13,371 nucleotides of DNA, from NCBI GenBank assembly GCA_964584825.1, contig CAZPBI010000003.1:1-13371 (forward strand). The letters are read 5' to 3'. The notes beneath the pieces are model-generated. The model had not been told where the DNA came from. It did no database searches and was given only the letters and a program-made list of their open reading frames with translations. Positions within the stretch are counted from its first letter, which is position 1; every line of letters starts with the position of its first letter. Shown here piece by piece: positions 11,326-13,371 of this stretch. The stretch is from Candidatus Woesearchaeota archaeon. GTDB lineage: Archaea; Nanobdellota; Nanobdellia; SCGC-AAA011-G17; JACPIM01. Both the position numbers and the translations under genes were made by a program.

Positions 11326-11523
11326 TTAACTCCTCAGAATAAGTATAAGGAAACCAACAATTACCATAACAAAGCCAGAAGCAATTTGTATTGGATTAAA
11401 ATATATAATTGAGTAGAAGAGCAATCCACTTCCAATCACAAAGAGAAGTGCGCCAAAAATACTAATGCTTGTTAGTATTCTCTGAACATCCAGCAATTTC
11501 TGCTTGTCAAGTTTGTCGGTCAT
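11326..11523 (-). CDS. small membrane protein (2 TM segments)
   Basis: 65 aa track ORF with hydrophobic segments ISIFGALLFVIGSGLLFYSII and IASGFVMVIVGFLILIL. Its start lies inside the last 17 nt of the upstream gene. Confidence 0.75.
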   Translation of the reverse strand: MTDKLDKQKLLDVQRILTSISIFGALLFVIGSGLLFYSIIYFNPIQIASGFVMVIVGFLILILRS

Positions 11524-11710
11524 TTTTCAGCCTTTTGTTTTCAATTTTAATTGCAGTAATTTTACCAACTCCAAGAAGAATACAAATATTGTCATAAGAA
11601 TACCCCATTTCTCTTAATTCCTTAATGGCTTGCGGCTTTAATTTATCAATTTCTCTTTGTATCTTTGTTTTTTCTTTCTTTAATAATATAATTTTACCAA
11701 ATGCAGTCAT
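11507..11710 (-). CDS. small helix-turn-helix protein
   Basis: 67 aa track ORF. ATG 11710 overlaps the TGA of family member C (ATGA). GYSYDNICILLGVGKITAIKIENK looks like a classical HTH. Confidence 0.8.
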   Translation of the reverse strand: MTAFGKIILLKKEKTKIQREIDKLKPQAIKELREMGYSYDNICILLGVGKITAIKIENKRLKNDRQT

Positions 11711-11970
11711 TCTCTCCGCCTCTCCTTCCAGTCTTTCAGGAATTGCTTAACATCATCCAAATTAATTTCACCTACCCACTTTTTACTTAAAATAAATTTC
11801 ATAAGCAAGTCAATGTCACGATTTTCAAGTTCACTGTCGGAGAGGATGTTGAAGCCTTTTAAATCATCTATTTTAATTAATTCTGATTCATTACCCTCTA
11901 ATGTATAATCTACAAGAAATAGCCTTTTTTCTTCGCAGAGTTTCTCAAAATCTGTTTTTTGCTTATTCAT
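11707..11970 (-). CDS. hypothetical protein, member C of the three-copy family
   Basis: 87 aa track ORF with the pattern MNKQKTDFEKLCEE...SELIKIDDLKGFNILSDSELE...VKQFLKDWKERRRE. ATGA overlaps at both ends. Confidence 0.85.
   Translation of the reverse strand: MNKQKTDFEKLCEEKRLFLVDYTLEGNESELIKIDDLKGFNILSDSELENRDIDLLMKFILSKKWVGEINLDDVKQFLKDWKERRRE
11834..11856 (-). repeat. conserved GC-rich block inside family member C
   Basis: Identical 23-mer to 331-353. It is followed directly by a 32-nt perfect match (11857-11888 = 360-391). Confidence 0.9.
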
Positions 11971-12128
11971 GTTTTCAATCCTTTTCCGATTTGTCTTGCA
12001 GATGCCCTTTTTTTCAAATCTTCAATTGTTCCACTTTCCATTTTCCCACTTTTAAATTCTTTGTATGCTTTCCAAAAATCAACACCATAAGCATCACAAA
12101 GTATTTCCCTTATTGATTTTTGCTTCAT
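11967..12128 (-). CDS. hypothetical mini-protein (53 aa)
   Basis: Hand translation: MKQKSIREILCDAYGVDFWKAYKEFKSGKMESGTIEDLKKRASARQIGKGLKT. ATGA overlaps at both ends. Confidence 0.6.
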   Translation of the reverse strand: MKQKSIREILCDAYGVDFWKAYKEFKSGKMESGTIEDLKKRASARQIGKGLKT

Positions 12129-12217
12129 TCCGCACACCCGCACCCTTCAATTATTTTCTCCTTCCGCTTCTTCCGCAATGGCTTTGCTGTTTCTCCTGAA
12201 ATGGTTTTCTGGTTCAT
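12125..12217 (-). CDS. possible basic 30-aa peptide
   Basis: Hand translation: MNQKTISGETAKPLRKKRKEKIIEGCGCAE. AGGAAGGCATAGAAA precedes ATG 12217, and the TGA overlaps the next ATG. It sits in a GC-richer patch. It is very short, so the call is tentative. Confidence 0.4.
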   Translation of the reverse strand: MNQKTISGETAKPLRKKRKEKIIEGCGCAE

Positions 12218-12220
12218 TTT

Positions 12221-12604
12221 CTATGCCTTCCTCACAAGCACTTCCTCAACGCAGTTTTTCTGGACTTTTTCGTAAGACCAAATTTTACAATAATTCAAAC
12301 TATCACAAATTCCTTTAACATAATGTTCTTTACACCAATAATCATATTCAGAATCAGGAGCATCAACTTTTCCTTCTTTTTCACACTGCACATTCTCAAT
12401 ATTCTTTCCTGTCGGCTCTGTTTCACTATATAATTTTTCCCTGCTGACTTCCTGCCATTCATTGCATTTCCATTCTGAACCAATAATTCCATAACCAAAC
12501 GAAACCACAATCAATGTAAGAATTATAGCAATACACACAGATGTAAAAATACCTCTTAAAAAATAAAACACATCTGCATTATCAGCATACTCTTTTGAAA
12601 CCAT
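12221..12604 (-). CDS. membrane-anchored Cys-rich protein
   Basis: The track ORF is 12221-12631. ATG 12604 (MVSKEYADN...) is better placed after the GGAGAGG SD. It has one TM segment (IFTSVCIAIILTLIVVSFGYGII) and then 6 Cys in the C-terminal domain. Ends in TAG. Confidence 0.8.
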   Translation of the reverse strand: MVSKEYADNADVFYFLRGIFTSVCIAIILTLIVVSFGYGIIGSEWKCNEWQEVSREKLYSETEPTGKNIENVQCEKEGKVDAPDSEYDYWCKEHYVKGICDSLNYCKIWSYEKVQKNCVEEVLVRKA

Positions 12605-12623
12605 TTTTTTATCCTCTCCTAAA

Positions 12624-12848
12624 CTAAGCATAAGCCAACAACTCCTTTTTCTTTTCTTTCTCTTTTGTCTTTTTATATAACCTATTCACTAACATAATCC
12701 CTTCTTCATTAATAATCTTTTCAATCAAATCTTTTTCATGCCCTACATCCTTTTCTACATCTTCTAAAATCTCTTTTGCTTGTTGAGGTGTAATTTTATT
12801 GTCTAACAACTTTCTGACTCTATTAACAAACATCATATAGCAGGTCAT
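12624..12848 (-). CDS. hypothetical protein
   Basis: 74 aa track ORF. The CGTGAGAAAATG junction motif lies at the start. Ends in TAG. Confidence 0.75.
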   Translation of the reverse strand: MTCYMMFVNRVRKLLDNKITPQQAKEILEDVEKDVGHEKDLIEKIINEEGIMLVNRLYKKTKEKEKKKELLAYA

Positions 12849-12861
12849 TTTCTCACGTCAT

Positions 12862-13041
12862 TTAATAATGTTCTTCAACACAAGCTAAAAATATATCAGA
12901 ACACTTTTTGTGTGCATATCCTTCAAGTCCTAATATTTTTGTTTTTTTGCTTCTTTTTTGTAATTTCATTTCACAAACGTTACATCTATTACCTTTGTTC
13001 ACTTCTGTATCAATAACATCTCTTCTTATATCTCTTTTCAT
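12862..13041 (-). CDS. zinc-finger mini-protein (59 aa)
   Basis: Hand translation: MKRDIRRDVIDTEVNKGNRCNVCEMKLQKRSKKTKILGLEGYAHKKCSDIFLACVEEHY. CxxC...HxxC pattern. ATG 13041 overlaps the upstream TGA. Confidence 0.6.
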   Translation of the reverse strand: MKRDIRRDVIDTEVNKGNRCNVCEMKLQKRSKKTKILGLEGYAHKKCSDIFLACVEEHY

Positions 13042-13371
13042 TGTTTCAACTCTTTCTTAAAAAATTCTTCAGGGTTAAACCATTCATCTCTAATTATATT
13101 TCCTATTTCATACACCTTACATCTATCTGCTTTAACTCTAACATATTTTCCTACTAATTCATTCCATTCATCTACTCCAACAATATTCAAAATTTGTATA
13201 ATAAATTCCATACCATGTGCTGTCCCTATTCTTGTTTTACTTTTTTCATCATAACTATCAAGAGCATAATCACCAAATCCTTGCGTTACATCTCCATAAT
13301 CTAATTGAAGATAACAAGTCAAAATCCCGTGGTCTTCATAACCAAGTCTTGCCTTTGTAATTCTTGCATTT
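13038..13371 (-). CDS. hypothetical protein (C-terminal part; ORF open to the right edge)
   Basis: The track starts this ORF at TTG 13322, but the frame stays open to nt 13371 (...NARITKARLGYEDHGILTCYLQLDYGDVTQGFGDYALD...). The real start is therefore probably outside the window. Confidence 0.8.
   Translation of the reverse strand, partial: NARITKARLGYEDHGILTCYLQLDYGDVTQGFGDYALDSYDEKSKTRIGTAHGMEFIIQILNIVGVDEWNELVGKYVRVKADRCKVYEIGNIIRDEWFNPEEFFKKELKQ

Noticed and set aside
204-11970. The three paralogs as template and variable repeats of a diversity-generating retroelement.
   Set aside because: There is no reverse transcriptase in the window. The differences between copies are indels and block replacements rather than adenine-specific substitutions, and the copies are complete genes rather than TR/VR pairs.
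43-12116. All plus-strand ORFs in the supplied track (e.g. 43-365, 3049-3255, 3768-3986, 4160-4613, 4997-5233, 6064-6297, 7432-7794, 8433-8618, 8788-8994, 9342-9754, 10043-10309, 10877-11140, 11901-12116).
   Set aside because: They are Phe/Leu/Ser/Ile-rich, low-complexity translations of the antisense of well-supported minus-strand genes. They lack SD-like sequences and coupling, and they overlap the continuous minus-strand chain. They are typical shadow ORFs in AT-rich DNA.
12295-12510. Minus-strand 71-aa ORF nested inside 12221-12631 in another frame.
   Set aside because: It is fully embedded in a longer ORF that has a plausible TM anchor, a Cys-rich domain and a good SD. There is no independent start signal.
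1141-12626. Global reassignment of TAG to a sense codon (Pyl- or Gln-type recoding) in this element.
   Set aside because: Seven ORFs end in TAG (1141, 1648, 2629, 7203, 9434, 12221, 12624). Several would run into a nearby TGA/TAA or the next ORF in frame if read through (1648: 3 codons to TGA; 7203: 3 codons to an ATGA junction; 12221: in frame with the 30-aa ORF).

However, about one third of junctions are expected to be in frame by chance. The 1141 and 9434 cases give nonsensical extensions. No long gene is fragmented by TAG. Only the 2629 case has independent support, and it is reported separately.
1-13371. Integron-like cassette array, CRISPR array, tRNA/rRNA genes, IS elements or terminal inverted repeats.
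   Set aside because: There are no attC-like imperfect palindromes between genes, since there is essentially no intergenic DNA. There are no regularly spaced direct repeats with unique spacers. No GC-rich cloverleaf-sized segments are present, and no transposase- or integrase-sized ORFs.

Overview
This AT-rich window (about 30% G+C by eye) is one continuous, co-directional gene array. I can support 53 protein-coding ORFs, all on the minus strand. I found no credible plus-strand gene, rRNA, tRNA or CRISPR array.

Genes are very short (30-166 codons). Sixteen fall below the 60-aa cutoff of the supplied track, and I found them by hand-translating the apparent gaps. One more (1-207) is truncated by the left edge, and the ORF at 13038 is open to the right edge. 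Twenty-six junctions are 4-nt ATGA stop/start overlaps, so there is almost no intergenic DNA. Stop usage is about 38 TGA, 7 TAA and 7 TAG.

The only real non-coding gap (904-1140) carries three tandem copies of a TATA/BRE-like box plus an SD-like unit. The last copy is correctly placed to drive the operon starting at 903.

Recognisable content:
- About 18 CxxC zinc-ribbon or zinc-finger mini-proteins, including one exact RanBP2-type pattern and one TRASH/FCS-like protein.
- Three HTH or winged-helix proteins.
- A run of membrane proteins at 1648-3636, including a small protein with an M50/site-2-protease-like HExxH motif.
- A three-copy small-protein family (204-539, 9658-9957, 11707-11970), each copy ATGA-coupled to a different downstream gene.

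There are no enzyme-sized genes and no known defence system. The picture fits the regulatory or early region of a virus, plasmid or integrated element. An archaeal origin is most likely (methanogen-type promoter consensus, a small proteome rich in wHTH and zinc-ribbon proteins, Lys/Glu/Ile-rich proteins), but a phage of an AT-rich bacterium cannot be excluded.

The most interesting signals are:
- The mosaic three-copy family, which carries a conserved GC-rich codon block complementary to the SD and AUG of its coupled downstream gene.
- Short sequences reused at junctions between unrelated genes.
- The triplicated promoter/leader unit.
- An in-frame TAG splitting a membrane protein.

All functional calls rest on motifs read by eye; no homology search was possible.
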